From: Bacteroidota bacterium
GTDB taxonomy: Bacteria > Bacteroidota > Bacteroidia > 2-12-FULL-35-15
Assembly (NCBI GenBank): GCA_947469885.1
Contig: CANIQT010000014.1
Location: 44,305-108,304 of the forward strand
DNA length: 64,000 nucleotides
Direction of reading: 5' to 3'
Shown here: positions 39,560-49,890 of the stretch, piece after piece
Layout of the letters: every line of letters begins with the position of its first letter
Numbering within the stretch: the first letter of the stretch is position 1
Notes under the pieces: generated by a model
The model's database searches: none
The model's input: only the letters and a program-made list of their open reading frames with translations
What the model was told of the DNA's origin: nothing
Program-made: the position numbers and the translations under genes

Positions 39560-40582
39560 TTATTTCTGCTGCCACTTGGCACCTCTGGTGAGTTGGTATT
39601 TTAAAGAAATTTCGGCACCTCCGTTGTGGTTGCTCACCGTAGAATAAGAAGAAGTATTGACATCAAACGAAATGCCTATCGAAAAATTTGCTATTTCATA
39701 ATTCACTTGTGGAATAAACGCATCACCAAAACGATAATGCGCGCCAATCGAAATTCCTGATTCGGAAATATAACCGGTAACTTTAGTAGCATTTTTGAAG
39801 CGGTGACGAATCATTGCGCCCACATTAAATTCGTTCGATTTGCCTTGAATGAAACAAACAAACGAAGGAATGATGGAAATGCTGGAGCCAGAAAGGTCGA
39901 GATAACCATTGATATTTACAACCGCTTTGCCATACAATTTTTCTGTAGCCGAAAAATATTGTTGCTCTGGTTGATTCATGTGATAATAAGCAAAACCAAT
40001 AGCCAAGCGTTTTTGCTCATTACGCTCCATAGTGTTTTTTCCACTGTAATATTCATAATACACGCCAGCACTCAAATCAGTATAAAAAGCAGATGTAAAT
40101 GCTACTGGCTCGTTGGGGTTAATGTTGTTGTCAAATCCTTTACCATCATATTGGTCGCCCCAACGAAGGGCAGAATAATCGGCTTTGTGTTGAGCGCCAC
40201 CGGCCGAAAGTCCAACAGAAATAACCGAAAGGCGAGTTACTGGCAAAATGCCTGACACACAAACTGCCACCTCAGTTAAACCTACTTTGGCATCACCCGC
40301 TTTGTCGCTAAATAAATTTAAACCTAAACCAAGATGAGCTTTGTTTGCTTTTTTGCCAACAATAGGTGCATCTACCGAAGCAGCCACTGTGTTAAACGAA
40401 TTGCCCATTGCCATCCATTGATTTTTATAATTGATGATTCCTCTTATGGCCCCGTCATAAACCCCTGTGGCACCCGGATTAACTAACTGAGGTGTTTCGG
40501 TGAACTGAGAAAAATGAATATCCTGTGCAACAGCAACAGAAAAAACAAAAAGAGTAACTATTATGGAGTATATTTTTTTCAT
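39560..40582 (-). CDS. Type IX secretion system membrane protein, PorP/SprF family
   Basis: 340 aa. Signal peptide then the hallmark DIHFSQF...PQLVNPGATG N-terminus. Sits immediately downstream of a type-B CTD cargo gene. Confidence 0.85.
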   Translation of the reverse strand: MKKIYSIIVTLFVFSVAVAQDIHFSQFTETPQLVNPGATGVYDGAIRGIINYKNQWMAMGNSFNTVAASVDAPIVGKKANKAHLGLGLNLFSDKAGDAKVGLTEVAVCVSGILPVTRLSVISVGLSAGGAQHKADYSALRWGDQYDGKGFDNNINPNEPVAFTSAFYTDLSAGVYYEYYSGKNTMERNEQKRLAIGFAYYHMNQPEQQYFSATEKLYGKAVVNINGYLDLSGSSISIIPSFVCFIQGKSNEFNVGAMIRHRFKNATKVTGYISESGISIGAHYRFGDAFIPQVNYEIANFSIGISFDVNTSSYSTVSNHNGGAEISLKYQLTRGAKWQQK

Positions 40583-40606
40583 ACTAATGAACCAATAACT
40601 TATGAA

Positions 40607-43102
40607 CTAACGCACCAATGTAATATTACCTTTCAAATTCACAGGGTCGCCATTTGCCATGGTGCCGGTTAATTTAAAAGCAAACACACCCGAATTGAGG
40701 TTTTTCCCGTTAAAGGTACCATCCCAACCCATCGAACGGTCGGTGGTATGAAACACAGATTGTCCCCACCGGTTGAATACTTCAAAATCCATATTTTGAA
40801 TACTTCCTAAAACAAATAATACGTCATTTACATTATCACCGTTAGGCGAAAATGCTGTAGGTACTCCTGCTTCGGTACCTCCTATCGGTTCGAGGGGAGA
40901 ACGGAAAACAGCAATAAAATTATCGTTGGCAACAATGGTTACGCCCACCGAATCGGACTGAGCAGAAGGCAAAGGCACGTGGGCCGCCATTTCCCAATGG
41001 TCGAAAATATATCCGGTGTTAGCAGTAGCTTTCAAAATGGTTTCAATGTTTCCAAAATAACTGCCACTCCAAGGGTAGGAAGTTGGCGTAATTGTATTTA
41101 TTTGGGCTATGCCAGCTCCTGCAGGTTGAACATCTAAGGTGATGTTGAAAGGACCTGTTAAGCCGTAGCAGTCAATCATTCCCTGAGTAATAGCTACACA
41201 ACGGTCGTTGATAAACTGTCGCAAATCAGTTACATTTTGTAGCCATGTTGTTAGCGAACCACCCCATTTAGCAATTTGTCCGGGCATTTCGGGTGTAATA
41301 ACCGTTATCATACTATCCAACAAAGGAATCGAAAAACCACAACTAAAAGTAGAATTTAACAAATCAATAAAACGAGATTCATACATTTGCTTAAATGCTG
41401 GATTTTTAATCAACGAATCTAACATCACGGTATGCCCTTGTCCACCTGGGTCGGGCAGTGCTTCGGGTGCGCAAGGGTCAGCTGATGGCAATGTACTAGG
41501 TATTCCTGTATAATTAATATAATGTCCAAAACAGGCATCGTTGTCCCATAGTGTATATCTCCATTTATGTTCATTCGTCCCCGGACCAACTGCTAATCCT
41601 CTCCACCATGCAGTGTTCCAGTTCAACCAATCGGAAGTTACTGCCCACGAATTGATGAGGAAATAATCAATTAAACTTTTAAAATTTAATAAACTATCAA
41701 CATGGTTATAATTTGCAGGTATCGTCATGCTATTGGTAGCCATAAAATTTTTAAGATTGTCCCAATCAGTTTGGGCCTGAGGTCCTCCATAGGCACTCCA
41801 GGTAGCACCCCATGTTTGCAAAAACTGAAGACTGTCGGTATTCTGATGATAATAATAATCGGTAAAATCATTGTCGTCCACTTTTTCGCGAAGGTCATAT
41901 ATGCCCCAGTACTGCCCGTTTACATAAAGCACGGCTGGTGACCAAGTGCGTTCGTCCAAATGCAAATTCCCTCGTTGTGATAATGTATGAACATAAGCAT
42001 CTCGAATTTCTGCACCTCCGGTAGAAAAAGGATAATTATCATTTGCCGCAGCTTTCAAGATGATTCGTGTAAAATTATGGCGGGATTTGTTTACAAATAA
42101 ATTTGTTCTCACTGCGTAATTATAACCCAACTCGTCATCACATATATAATCAATTCCGCGTTGCGAATATGCCCATGAATCGTTACCGTGTTCGTTAGCA
42201 CTTCCATCTGCTTCGGCTGTTAATTGCCGAGCAACATCAAAATACTGCAAGCCTGTTTCGGGGCTGAATTGTGTACCACCCATAAGTGTGGCTATTCCGT
42301 CACCAAAAATAGAAACAACTGGAACCGTGTGAGTAACTCCAATAAAATAAGTATTGCTTCTGATAAAACTTGGTGGCACAAGAATGTTGGTACTAAAAGC
42401 ACGTGCCCTGATAACGGTAGTGGTTGATATTGAAATGGGTGTTGAATATAGAGTAGATGCTTGTGTTGGAGTAGAGCCATCGAGTGTATAGTAAATTGAC
42501 ACATTCAAATCGGGAGAAGACAATGCTACCGTTTGTGCCGAAGCGTAAAACCCAGGAGCAATACTTGTATTGGGTCTGGTAGCATATTCCAACTTAGGAT
42601 TTGAATTGGTTAGTCCCGGAGTTGGTGTTGTAAACACGGTCCACAATGCACCGCCATCGCTTGCTCTACCTCTCGAATGGTCAACAAGGTTAGGCCTTAG
42701 TGTCATCGAATCAATGATGGTTCCTGCTGCATTGGCAAACACCAGTTCATCAGGTTTGGTTTGTGTAAGTTTAAAATTGGTATGCACATTACCTGCCACC
42801 AAAGTATTTTTTCCTGAAGCCCACACTTGCAAAAAACCGTTGGCAGCTATAGTTGCACCTGCTGGAAAAGTATATTTGGTAACATTATTTTTGTTGTCAC
42901 TCAAATGATAGCCTTGAAGGTTTACAGCAGTTCCGCCTGCATTATATAACTCTAACCAGTCGGAAGTGTTTCCGAAATTATCGTTAATGGATTTGTTGGC
43001 ACACGAATATTCATTTATCATTACTTGGCTGTTTGCCTTTTTGGTAAAGGACAAAACTGATAAACAAACAATAAAAATACGAAAGTAATTTTTCAAATTC
43101 AT
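40607..43102 (-). CDS. T9SS cargo protein: lamin-tail domain + CotH-like domain + type-B (gliding-motility-associated) C-terminal domain
   Basis: 831 aa. The N-terminus VMINEYSCANKSINDNFGNTSDWLELYNAGGTAVNLQGYHLSDN is an LTD. The middle region (LYVNGQYWGIYDLREKVDD) is CotH-like. The C-terminus FSPNGDNVNDVLFV...FEVFNRWGQSVF is a type-B CTD. Confidence 0.7.
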   Translation of the reverse strand: MNLKNYFRIFIVCLSVLSFTKKANSQVMINEYSCANKSINDNFGNTSDWLELYNAGGTAVNLQGYHLSDNKNNVTKYTFPAGATIAANGFLQVWASGKNTLVAGNVHTNFKLTQTKPDELVFANAAGTIIDSMTLRPNLVDHSRGRASDGGALWTVFTTPTPGLTNSNPKLEYATRPNTSIAPGFYASAQTVALSSPDLNVSIYYTLDGSTPTQASTLYSTPISISTTTVIRARAFSTNILVPPSFIRSNTYFIGVTHTVPVVSIFGDGIATLMGGTQFSPETGLQYFDVARQLTAEADGSANEHGNDSWAYSQRGIDYICDDELGYNYAVRTNLFVNKSRHNFTRIILKAAANDNYPFSTGGAEIRDAYVHTLSQRGNLHLDERTWSPAVLYVNGQYWGIYDLREKVDDNDFTDYYYHQNTDSLQFLQTWGATWSAYGGPQAQTDWDNLKNFMATNSMTIPANYNHVDSLLNFKSLIDYFLINSWAVTSDWLNWNTAWWRGLAVGPGTNEHKWRYTLWDNDACFGHYINYTGIPSTLPSADPCAPEALPDPGGQGHTVMLDSLIKNPAFKQMYESRFIDLLNSTFSCGFSIPLLDSMITVITPEMPGQIAKWGGSLTTWLQNVTDLRQFINDRCVAITQGMIDCYGLTGPFNITLDVQPAGAGIAQINTITPTSYPWSGSYFGNIETILKATANTGYIFDHWEMAAHVPLPSAQSDSVGVTIVANDNFIAVFRSPLEPIGGTEAGVPTAFSPNGDNVNDVLFVLGSIQNMDFEVFNRWGQSVFHTTDRSMGWDGTFNGKNLNSGVFAFKLTGTMANGDPVNLKGNITLVR

Positions 43103-43211
43103 TTTGAAAAGGAGTTAAATGTTTTAATTAAGCCATAAAAGTAGTTGTAAAATTTTGATTTGCAAAATATTGTTTATTGAAGTGTGTGAAACGAAAATTC
43201 ACATTATACTA

Positions 43212-43219
43212 CTATCTTT
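43212..43219 (+). promoter_or_regulatory. -7 promoter box TATCTTTG upstream of ribBA
   Basis: Matches TAnnTTTG, 16 nt upstream of the ATG. Confidence 0.4.
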
Positions 43220-43234
43220 GCGAAAAATTATAAA

Positions 43235-44446
43235 ATGAGCACACTGTTAAATACAATTGAAGAAGCGATTACCGACCTCAAACAAGGAAAAATAATTATT
43301 GTGGTGGACGATGAAGACCGGGAAAACGAAGGAGATTTTATATGTCCTGCCGCCAACGTAACCCCCGAAGTCATTAATTTTATGGCTACTCACGGGCGTG
43401 GATTAATTTGCGCATCCATTACCGAAGAACGATGTGCAGAGCTTGGTTTGGAAATGATGGTAACCAACAACACTGCCGAACATACAACAGCATTTACTGT
43501 TTCGGTTGATTTGTTGGGCTATGGTTGCACCACAGGCATCTCTGTCAGCGACCGCTCTAAAACCATAAAGGCATTAATTAATCCCAACATTAAACCCGAA
43601 GAGTTTGGAAAACCCGGGCACATTTTTCCACTAAAAGCAAAAAAGGGAGGTGTGCTTCGCAGAGCAGGACATACCGAAGCAACGATAGATTTAGCACGCA
43701 TGGCTGGTTTCGAACCGGCAGGTGCATTGGTGGAAATAATGAACGAAGATGGCTCTATGGCTCGACTTCCTCAATTGTTAGATATTGCTAAAAAGCATAA
43801 TCTCAAAATTATTTCAATTGAAGATTTAATTGCTTACCGGATAAAAAACGAAACCATTATTACCAAAGATGTGCAAGTAAAGATGCCAACTCAATGGGGC
43901 GATTTTGATTTGGTTGCTTATCATCAAACCACCAACGACCAAGAGCATTTGGCATTGATAAAAGGAACTTGGAAAAAGGATGAGCCTGTGTTGGTGAGGG
44001 TTCACTCTTCTTGTTTAACAGGCGATATATTTGGTTCCTGCCGTTGCGACTGTGGTGCACAACTACATAAATCCATGGAAATGATTGAAAAGGAAGGCAA
44101 AGGGGTTATTGTTTATATGAACCAGGAAGGTAGAGGTATAGGATTGCTAAACAAACTAAAAGCGTATAAACTTCAGGAAGAAGGCAAAGACACTGTGGAA
44201 GCAAACGAAGAACTCGGTTTTAAAATGGACGAGCGCGATTATGGAGTAGGGGCACAAATACTGAGAGATTTAGGGATTTGCAAAATACGACTAATGAGCA
44301 ACAATCCTAAAAAACGTGCAGGGCTTATTGGTTATGGATTAGAGATAGTTGAAAACCTTGCCATTGAAATTGAGTCGAACGAACACAATAAGTTTTATCT
44401 CCAAACCAAAAGAGATAAAATGGGGCATTCGCTAAAACTGGAATAA
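43235..44446 (+). CDS. ribBA: Bifunctional 3,4-dihydroxy-2-butanone-4-phosphate synthase / GTP cyclohydrolase II
   Basis: 403 aa. DHBP synthase motifs ([19 protein letters not shown]) and the GTP cyclohydrolase II Zn site ([15 protein letters not shown]). Confidence 0.95.
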   Translation: MSTLLNTIEEAITDLKQGKIIIVVDDEDRENEGDFICPAANVTPEVINFMATHGRGLICASITEERCAELGLEMMVTNNTAEHTTAFTVSVDLLGYGCTTGISVSDRSKTIKALINPNIKPEEFGKPGHIFPLKAKKGGVLRRAGHTEATIDLARMAGFEPAGALVEIMNEDGSMARLPQLLDIAKKHNLKIISIEDLIAYRIKNETIITKDVQVKMPTQWGDFDLVAYHQTTNDQEHLALIKGTWKKDEPVLVRVHSSCLTGDIFGSCRCDCGAQLHKSMEMIEKEGKGVIVYMNQEGRGIGLLNKLKAYKLQEEGKDTVEANEELGFKMDERDYGVGAQILRDLGICKIRLMSNNPKKRAGLIGYGLEIVENLAIEIESNEHNKFYLQTKRDKMGHSLKLE

Positions 44447-44508
44447 AGTTAACCTTGCGTTAATATAATTCTTCAACAGGAAATAATACCAAAAAAGCCA
44501 TTTTACCT

Positions 44509-44781
44509 GCCTCCCGACTTGGAGATGGGACAAAACAAACCTTTTGGTGCACTTCCTGATGTGGAGATACACCAAAACAACTCTTTTTGAGCATCTCCCG
44601 ATTGGAAGGTGGAACAAATAAATTGTAACGATGCATCTCCTGATTGGGAGATACAACCAAACAACTGTTTTGGGGTATCTCCAAGCTGGAAGATGGGACA
44701 AAACAACTCTTTTGCAGTATCTCCGTACTTGGAGGTGGCACAAATTGAATTATTTGATGTATCTCCCAGTCGGGAGATTGC
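44509..44781. repeat. Tandem array of 6.5 units of 42 bp, each carrying an ATCTCC-N4-6-GGAGAT hairpin and a CAAAACAA...TTTTG segment
   Basis: Units start at 44509, 44551, 44593, 44635, 44677, 44719 and 44761. Perfect stems are seen in ATCTCCtgattgGGAGAT and ATCTCCCagtcGGGAGAT. Confidence 0.85.
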
Positions 44782-44864
44782 TTGCCAGTTTATATATATA
44801 AAAGACTAAATCTGTATCTTTTTTCGATTTTTGCGTTATTAGTAAAACATCAACCTTAAAAGCC

Positions 44865-45548
44865 ATGAAAAAAATAATTCTTTTGGTAGTTCTTGCAAAT
44901 ACATTTTGCGCCTACTCACAAACATTGGAGCCAACAGAAACTCAGGCATTAGCAAATGTTATTGCGAGTAATAATTTAAAAGCACCTTTAGAAAATGAAA
45001 CGGTTAGTTTTGTTTCAATAAAAAACAAAAAAGTTTTTTCAGGAATTACAAAGGCGAATGGAAAGTTTCAGGTGCTGCTTCCGAAAGCCGATAAATATAC
45101 GGTAATTTACAAAGCATTTACCGAAGATAAAGAATACAGCACTGTTGAAATTCCCAATGAGGCAGGTTTGTTTAATGTGACTGTAAAATTAACCATCACT
45201 CCTTCTCAGCATTATACATTGGACAATGTGTTTTTTGATACCGGCAAATCAAATTTAAAACCAGAGTCGTTTGTGGAGTTAAATGCTTTGTGTAAATATA
45301 TGGAGATGAAAAAGACAAAGGTGATTGAAATTTCGGGACATACAGATAATGTAGGCAACAGCGAAGCCAATCAAAAATTATCGGAGGACAGAGCCAATGC
45401 GGTAAAAAACTACCTTGTTAAAAAAGGAGTAACTGCTGAGCGGGTGGTTGCTAAAGGGTATGGAGATACGCAGCCAATTGCCGATAATAATAGTGCTGAA
45501 GGGAAACAAAAAAACAGGAGAACGGAAGTGAAGACATTGAAGCAATAA
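44865..45548 (+). CDS. OmpA-family peptidoglycan-binding protein
   Basis: 227 aa. Signal peptide and a C-terminal OmpA-like domain (FDTGKS...ISGHTDNVGN...NQKLSEDRA). Confidence 0.85.
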   Translation: MKKIILLVVLANTFCAYSQTLEPTETQALANVIASNNLKAPLENETVSFVSIKNKKVFSGITKANGKFQVLLPKADKYTVIYKAFTEDKEYSTVEIPNEAGLFNVTVKLTITPSQHYTLDNVFFDTGKSNLKPESFVELNALCKYMEMKKTKVIEISGHTDNVGNSEANQKLSEDRANAVKNYLVKKGVTAERVVAKGYGDTQPIADNNSAEGKQKNRRTEVKTLKQ

Positions 45549-45583
45549 ATTATAAATAGAAAAAAATGGTTGCTGATGAATGG

Positions 45584-46231
45584 TTACTTTTTAAGCAAAT
45601 TCAACTCAATCTTTAATTTGATATTGAAATGTTGAATAATAATATTGATTGGGAAATGGTCTTTATAATCGTTTAACGAAAATAGCACTTTCTTTGTGCG
45701 CTTTTTTGAGTGTTCAATTTTTACAATTTGTTGTGTAGTTCTATCGGTGAAATAATAATTATACATTTTTTCTAATTTCTCTTTTTGAATATCCAAGCAA
45801 CGAATTCCTCCTTCATCACAATAATACAAACTCTCCATTTTTTTTCCGTTTATATTATTCATCAATAAAATTTCAATATCCTGTTGTATGGTTTGTAACA
45901 ATGCAGGCAAAGCGAACTGCGGAACGGAATAATGAACAGTAAAGGTAGAATCTTTAAATTCGAAGTCGAATAATTTCATACCTAATTCGGTGGTAAAAAT
46001 AATGCGATAATCATGAGGTCCCATTTGTTTAGCTACCAACAAACCGCTTATTTCTTTTTTATAAAGAGTAATGTTTGCTTTAAAAAGGAAGGAATTAAAA
46101 TTGTCGCCAAATATAGATTTCGGAATTGTCGATGAAGTGGGAGCTTTTTTTAATCTCCCGTAATGACCCAGCGTACAGCCCGAAGTAAAAAGCAACAAAA
46201 CAACGCTACTTAATAATAAATTTTTCATCAT
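45584..46231 (-). CDS. Hypothetical lipoprotein (terminal gene of the aryl-polyene-like cluster)
   Basis: 215 aa. Lipoprotein signal (LLFTSGCTLG). Confidence 0.45.
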   Translation of the reverse strand: MMKNLLLSSVVLLLFTSGCTLGHYGRLKKAPTSSTIPKSIFGDNFNSFLFKANITLYKKEISGLLVAKQMGPHDYRIIFTTELGMKLFDFEFKDSTFTVHYSVPQFALPALLQTIQQDIEILLMNNINGKKMESLYYCDEGGIRCLDIQKEKLEKMYNYYFTDRTTQQIVKIEHSKKRTKKVLFSLNDYKDHFPINIIIQHFNIKLKIELNLLKK

Positions 46232-46838
46232 CCACAGGCTGGTTGTTTTTCCGGTTAGTAAATTCTATACTAGTGTAATCATCGCCTGGTTCTATCATTT
46301 TTACTTTCACTACAGAGTAATCTGATTTATCAATGTATAGTTGAATAACTTTCAAAAAATCTTTTGCTCCTTTTTGCAAAGGCGAAAGTTCAAGCAAATA
46401 TTGTTTATCACTTTCAAAATACTTTGCTTTATAATCTTTGTTATTCAACAAGTTTCCCTGCACCGTATTCATCATCATTTCGTTAATGCTCTTAAACATT
46501 TTGTTTGAGTTGATATCGTATTTACTCACTTTACCATTGTCTTTAATAAACATTTTATCCTTGTTGATGGCTATGATGTATTTGTAAGGGTCGTTGTATT
46601 CCCACCGAAGCATATTTATTTTTTTAAAACAAAAATGCCCTTTGCTGATAATGTTTTCTGACATCACACTCAAATATTTTTCCTGTGTAAAATCGCTTTC
46701 TATGGAATTGACCAGTTTCGATTGTGTTTCCATTTTTTGTTTAAAAGCTGCTGTATCTTTAACTGGCGTAAAGCCTTTAGGAACTTGAGCAAATAAGGCT
46801 AAAGGAAGAAAGGATAAAACGATTATCAATTTATTCAT
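46206..46838 (-). CDS. LolA-like outer membrane lipoprotein carrier protein
   Basis: 210 aa. Signal peptide. Size and position are typical of the LolA-like gene of aryl-polyene/flexirubin clusters. Confidence 0.55.
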   Translation of the reverse strand: MNKLIIVLSFLPLALFAQVPKGFTPVKDTAAFKQKMETQSKLVNSIESDFTQEKYLSVMSENIISKGHFCFKKINMLRWEYNDPYKYIIAINKDKMFIKDNGKVSKYDINSNKMFKSINEMMMNTVQGNLLNNKDYKAKYFESDKQYLLELSPLQKGAKDFLKVIQLYIDKSDYSVVKVKMIEPGDDYTSIEFTNRKNNQPVDDEKFIIK

Positions 46839-47601
46839 AAGGTTGTATATTTAAAAGCGATTGCATGCTTACAATTTTAAAGCCATTTTGTTTTGCGAAC
46901 TCAAGTGTTTGTTTTAAAACATGAATTGTTTTTTCGGAAGTGTCGTGAAACAGTACCACCGCACCAGGTTTTAGCTGTTGCGTAACTCTTAAAATAATTT
47001 TTTCTTCATTGTCATTTCTAGTATCCATTGAACGTACATTCCATCCAATAATTTGATACTTCAACGCTTTTGCTGCTTTTGCAAGGTTGGGAGTGGTAAC
47101 TCCATAAGGAGGGCGAAACAATTTTATTCGTTTGCCAATGAGATTGAAAACTGAATCGGATGTCTTGTTCAATTCATCCTTGAAACCGCTAACATTTTTA
47201 AAATCAATAAAAAAAGAATGTGAGAACGTATGATTGCCAATGGTATGTCCGGCTGAATCTATTTGTATTACTATTGCTTCGTTGCCTTCAATCTTTCTGC
47301 CTATTAAAAAGAAAGTAGCTTTTGCATTGTATTCCTCCAAAAGAGATATTACTTTGGGAGTGTATTCTTTATTAGGTCCGTCATCAAAAGTAACTGCAAT
47401 TTGTTTTTCTTTGGTAATGGCACTACAGAATGCTTTTGTGTAAAAGTTAAATTGAATGTTGGCAGAACCATAAATTACGAAGAACATAAAAACAAGCAAT
47501 GGCAGTATAAGCCACCATAAACTTATTTCCAAAAAATAATACAAAGAAAAAATGATGCAAAGAGAGATAATAAAAGTTATGCCTGTTGATTTGAAAGTCA
47601 T
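46831..47601 (-). CDS. Polysaccharide deacetylase (NodB homology domain) membrane-anchored protein
   Basis: 256 aa. N-terminal TM helices, then the VTFDDGPN and TIGNHTFSH NodB motifs. Confidence 0.8.
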   Translation of the reverse strand: MTFKSTGITFIISLCIIFSLYYFLEISLWWLILPLLVFMFFVIYGSANIQFNFYTKAFCSAITKEKQIAVTFDDGPNKEYTPKVISLLEEYNAKATFFLIGRKIEGNEAIVIQIDSAGHTIGNHTFSHSFFIDFKNVSGFKDELNKTSDSVFNLIGKRIKLFRPPYGVTTPNLAKAAKALKYQIIGWNVRSMDTRNDNEEKIILRVTQQLKPGAVVLFHDTSEKTIHVLKQTLEFAKQNGFKIVSMQSLLNIQPYE

Positions 47602-47619
47602 TGCAAAAATATTATTGAA

Positions 47620-48684
47620 CTAACATTGCGAAAGCAACGAAACAGTGTGGTAAGTGTTCATATAAGTATTGTAAATAAGAACATTTTTAATTTGTTTCTT
47701 TTTATTTTCTCCGATTAAAATACATGGAGGAATAGTTTGTGTTTTCAAAATCATGGCTGCTTCCCATAATGCGAAACAACTTGAAGTTTGAAATTCACCA
47801 CTCAAGTGTTTAAAGTAAACAGAAGTGCTTTCGTTAAATAGAGAATTCTTTAAATTATAATAAATGTCATCAAACCTTACATCACCGCTAATACCATACA
47901 TCACACAATCTACATCGGCAGGTGTCATGTTTTTTTCTTTCAGTAATTCTATGATTTTAGTTTCTACTTCTTTTTCGCTTTCGGGATTGAAAATCATTTT
48001 CACAGAAAGAAGTTTAGCGTAATTTTTTTCACTTTCTTCATTACTCAACACAAAAAATGCTGCCCCTTCGCCCGATACACTGCCTTTTGTTTTACTATTG
48101 ATGATTTCGATGGTGGGGGTATTTTCATCCTTCCAGAATCCTGCACGTTTGGTTATATTAAAGTGACGGTCTGTCATTTCATCGTGCCCGCCAACCAATA
48201 CATTTTTCGCATCCGTATCTGCCAATGTCATCAAGCCATCGAGCACCGCACTCTCGAACGAAAAGCCTTTGTGAACGTAAGTAAAATTATAATTCATACA
48301 CTTCAGTTGCAATGCAATTTGCGAACTAACTGTGTTGTGGGTGGATTGCATAAACGAGGTAGGAGTAAGAAACTGCTCCTGATTATCTAATATCGAAAGC
48401 AAAAATTTTTCGGTATCTTCGTGGCAACCTAATGCAGTTCCTGTAATAATTGCATCGGGTATTTCCACTCCGGCATCTTTTAAACAAATGGACGAAGCAG
48501 CAATGCCCATTTTTACTGTCCTTCCCATTCTGCGTGCCAAAATCGGGTTCAGAAATTCTGTATAAACTGGCTCAATGCAACGCAATGAATTGGTGTTGTA
48601 TTCTACCACGTCCGACAAAAAATCATGAGTATTAAATGTTTTTTGTGGGGAAACTATTCCTATTCCTTTTATAAATGCTTCCAT
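47620..48684 (-). CDS. Beta-ketoacyl synthase-like protein lacking the active-site Cys (chain-length-factor-like)
   Basis: 354 aa thiolase-fold. The position equivalent to the ACSS motif reads TALGCHED. Confidence 0.65.
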   Translation of the reverse strand: MEAFIKGIGIVSPQKTFNTHDFLSDVVEYNTNSLRCIEPVYTEFLNPILARRMGRTVKMGIAASSICLKDAGVEIPDAIITGTALGCHEDTEKFLLSILDNQEQFLTPTSFMQSTHNTVSSQIALQLKCMNYNFTYVHKGFSFESAVLDGLMTLADTDAKNVLVGGHDEMTDRHFNITKRAGFWKDENTPTIEIINSKTKGSVSGEGAAFFVLSNEESEKNYAKLLSVKMIFNPESEKEVETKIIELLKEKNMTPADVDCVMYGISGDVRFDDIYYNLKNSLFNESTSVYFKHLSGEFQTSSCFALWEAAMILKTQTIPPCILIGENKKKQIKNVLIYNTYMNTYHTVSLLSQC

Positions 48685-48687
48685 AAA

Positions 48688-49890
48688 TTAATGTCGCGAA
48701 AAAATTAATGCTGCTGAATTGCCACCAAAACCAAATGAATTTGACAATACATTATTTATTGGTTTGTCTGTTGTAAGCACTTTGGTTGGAGTAAATTTTA
48801 GTTCACTCATCTGGTTGCTATGGTTCAAACTTGGATAAACCATGTTGTATTTAATGGCCAATACTGATAATACCGCTTCAATCCCTCCACAAGCCCCCAA
48901 GGTATGTCCTGTAAATGCTTTGGTAGAACTAATTCGCGGAACATTGTTTCCAAATATTCGTTCTATTGCGGTTCCTTCCGACATATCATTTACCTCCGTG
49001 CCTGTGCCGTGAGCATTGATATAATCAATATCTGCGGGTTTCAATCCGCTTACTTGAAATGCTTTTTGCATGGCTAGATACGCTCCTTCTCCAGTGGGTG
49101 ATGAAGCGGTTTGATGATAGGCATCATTCGAATTACCATACCCTGTAAGCTCACACAAAATTTCTTTTCCTCCAGCTGCTTGTTCCGATTCAAGCACCAC
49201 GTAACCTGCGCCTTCGCCTAAGTTCAAGCCTTTTCGCTCTGCATCAAATGGTTTGCATTGTTCTCTGTCTAATATCATTAAAGTCATAAAACCATTGATG
49301 GTAAACTTGGAAAGCGAATCGGTGCCACCAACAATTACTCTATCAACCAATCCATTTTTAATTAATCTTGCTCCAAGCATAATGGAATTGGCAGAAGACG
49401 AACAAGCTGTACTGATGGTAGAAATATGGTCTTTGATTCCTAAATAATTTGCAATTACTTCGGTACTATCACCACAATCGTGTGTTTCGATATATTTTAA
49501 CCAATCTCCACTTTTTTCGGGATTCAGAAAATCTTGAAAATAATTTTCGGTCATTGACATGCCGCCCACACTGGTTGCAGAAATAATTCCGGTTCTAAAT
49601 TCTTTTGTGTCTTTTATTCCTGCCCACACCATTGCTTCTTTTGCAGCCACCATGCCCAAAAGAGAAGTACGAGTAATTTTTGCATCTTCAGGAAGACCAA
49701 GTATTTTTATCAGTTCAGGGTTGGTATGTTTTACTTCACCAATCGGAATTTCGTTTCGATGACGGGTAGTTATATTATCCAACTCTCCAATGCCTGATTT
49801 ACCTTTGGCAACAGCATCCAATGTTTCAGCCACATTGTCGCCAATGGCAGAAATGATACCGATGCCTGTTATGTAAATTTTTTGGTTCAT
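48688..49890 (-). CDS. Beta-ketoacyl-ACP synthase (FabF/KAS II-like)
   Basis: 400 aa. Active-site TACSSS, the His-His-Lys triad region (NAHGTGT, GHTLGACG) and a GFGG C-terminus. Confidence 0.9.
   Translation of the reverse strand: MNQKIYITGIGIISAIGDNVAETLDAVAKGKSGIGELDNITTRHRNEIPIGEVKHTNPELIKILGLPEDAKITRTSLLGMVAAKEAMVWAGIKDTKEFRTGIISATSVGGMSMTENYFQDFLNPEKSGDWLKYIETHDCGDSTEVIANYLGIKDHISTISTACSSSANSIMLGARLIKNGLVDRVIVGGTDSLSKFTINGFMTLMILDREQCKPFDAERKGLNLGEGAGYVVLESEQAAGGKEILCELTGYGNSNDAYHQTASSPTGEGAYLAMQKAFQVSGLKPADIDYINAHGTGTEVNDMSEGTAIERIFGNNVPRISSTKAFTGHTLGACGGIEAVLSVLAIKYNMVYPSLNHSNQMSELKFTPTKVLTTDKPINNVLSNSFGFGGNSAALIFSRH

Noticed and set aside
43103-43234. FMN riboswitch upstream of ribBA
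   Set aside because: The leader is only about 130 nt and AT-rich, with none of the conserved FMN-element stems.
44432-44809. Several overlapping 60-100 aa ORFs on both strands within hairpin array C
   Set aside because: All are generated by the 42-bp periodicity. They overlap mutually in different frames and lack start context. Treated as noncoding repeats.
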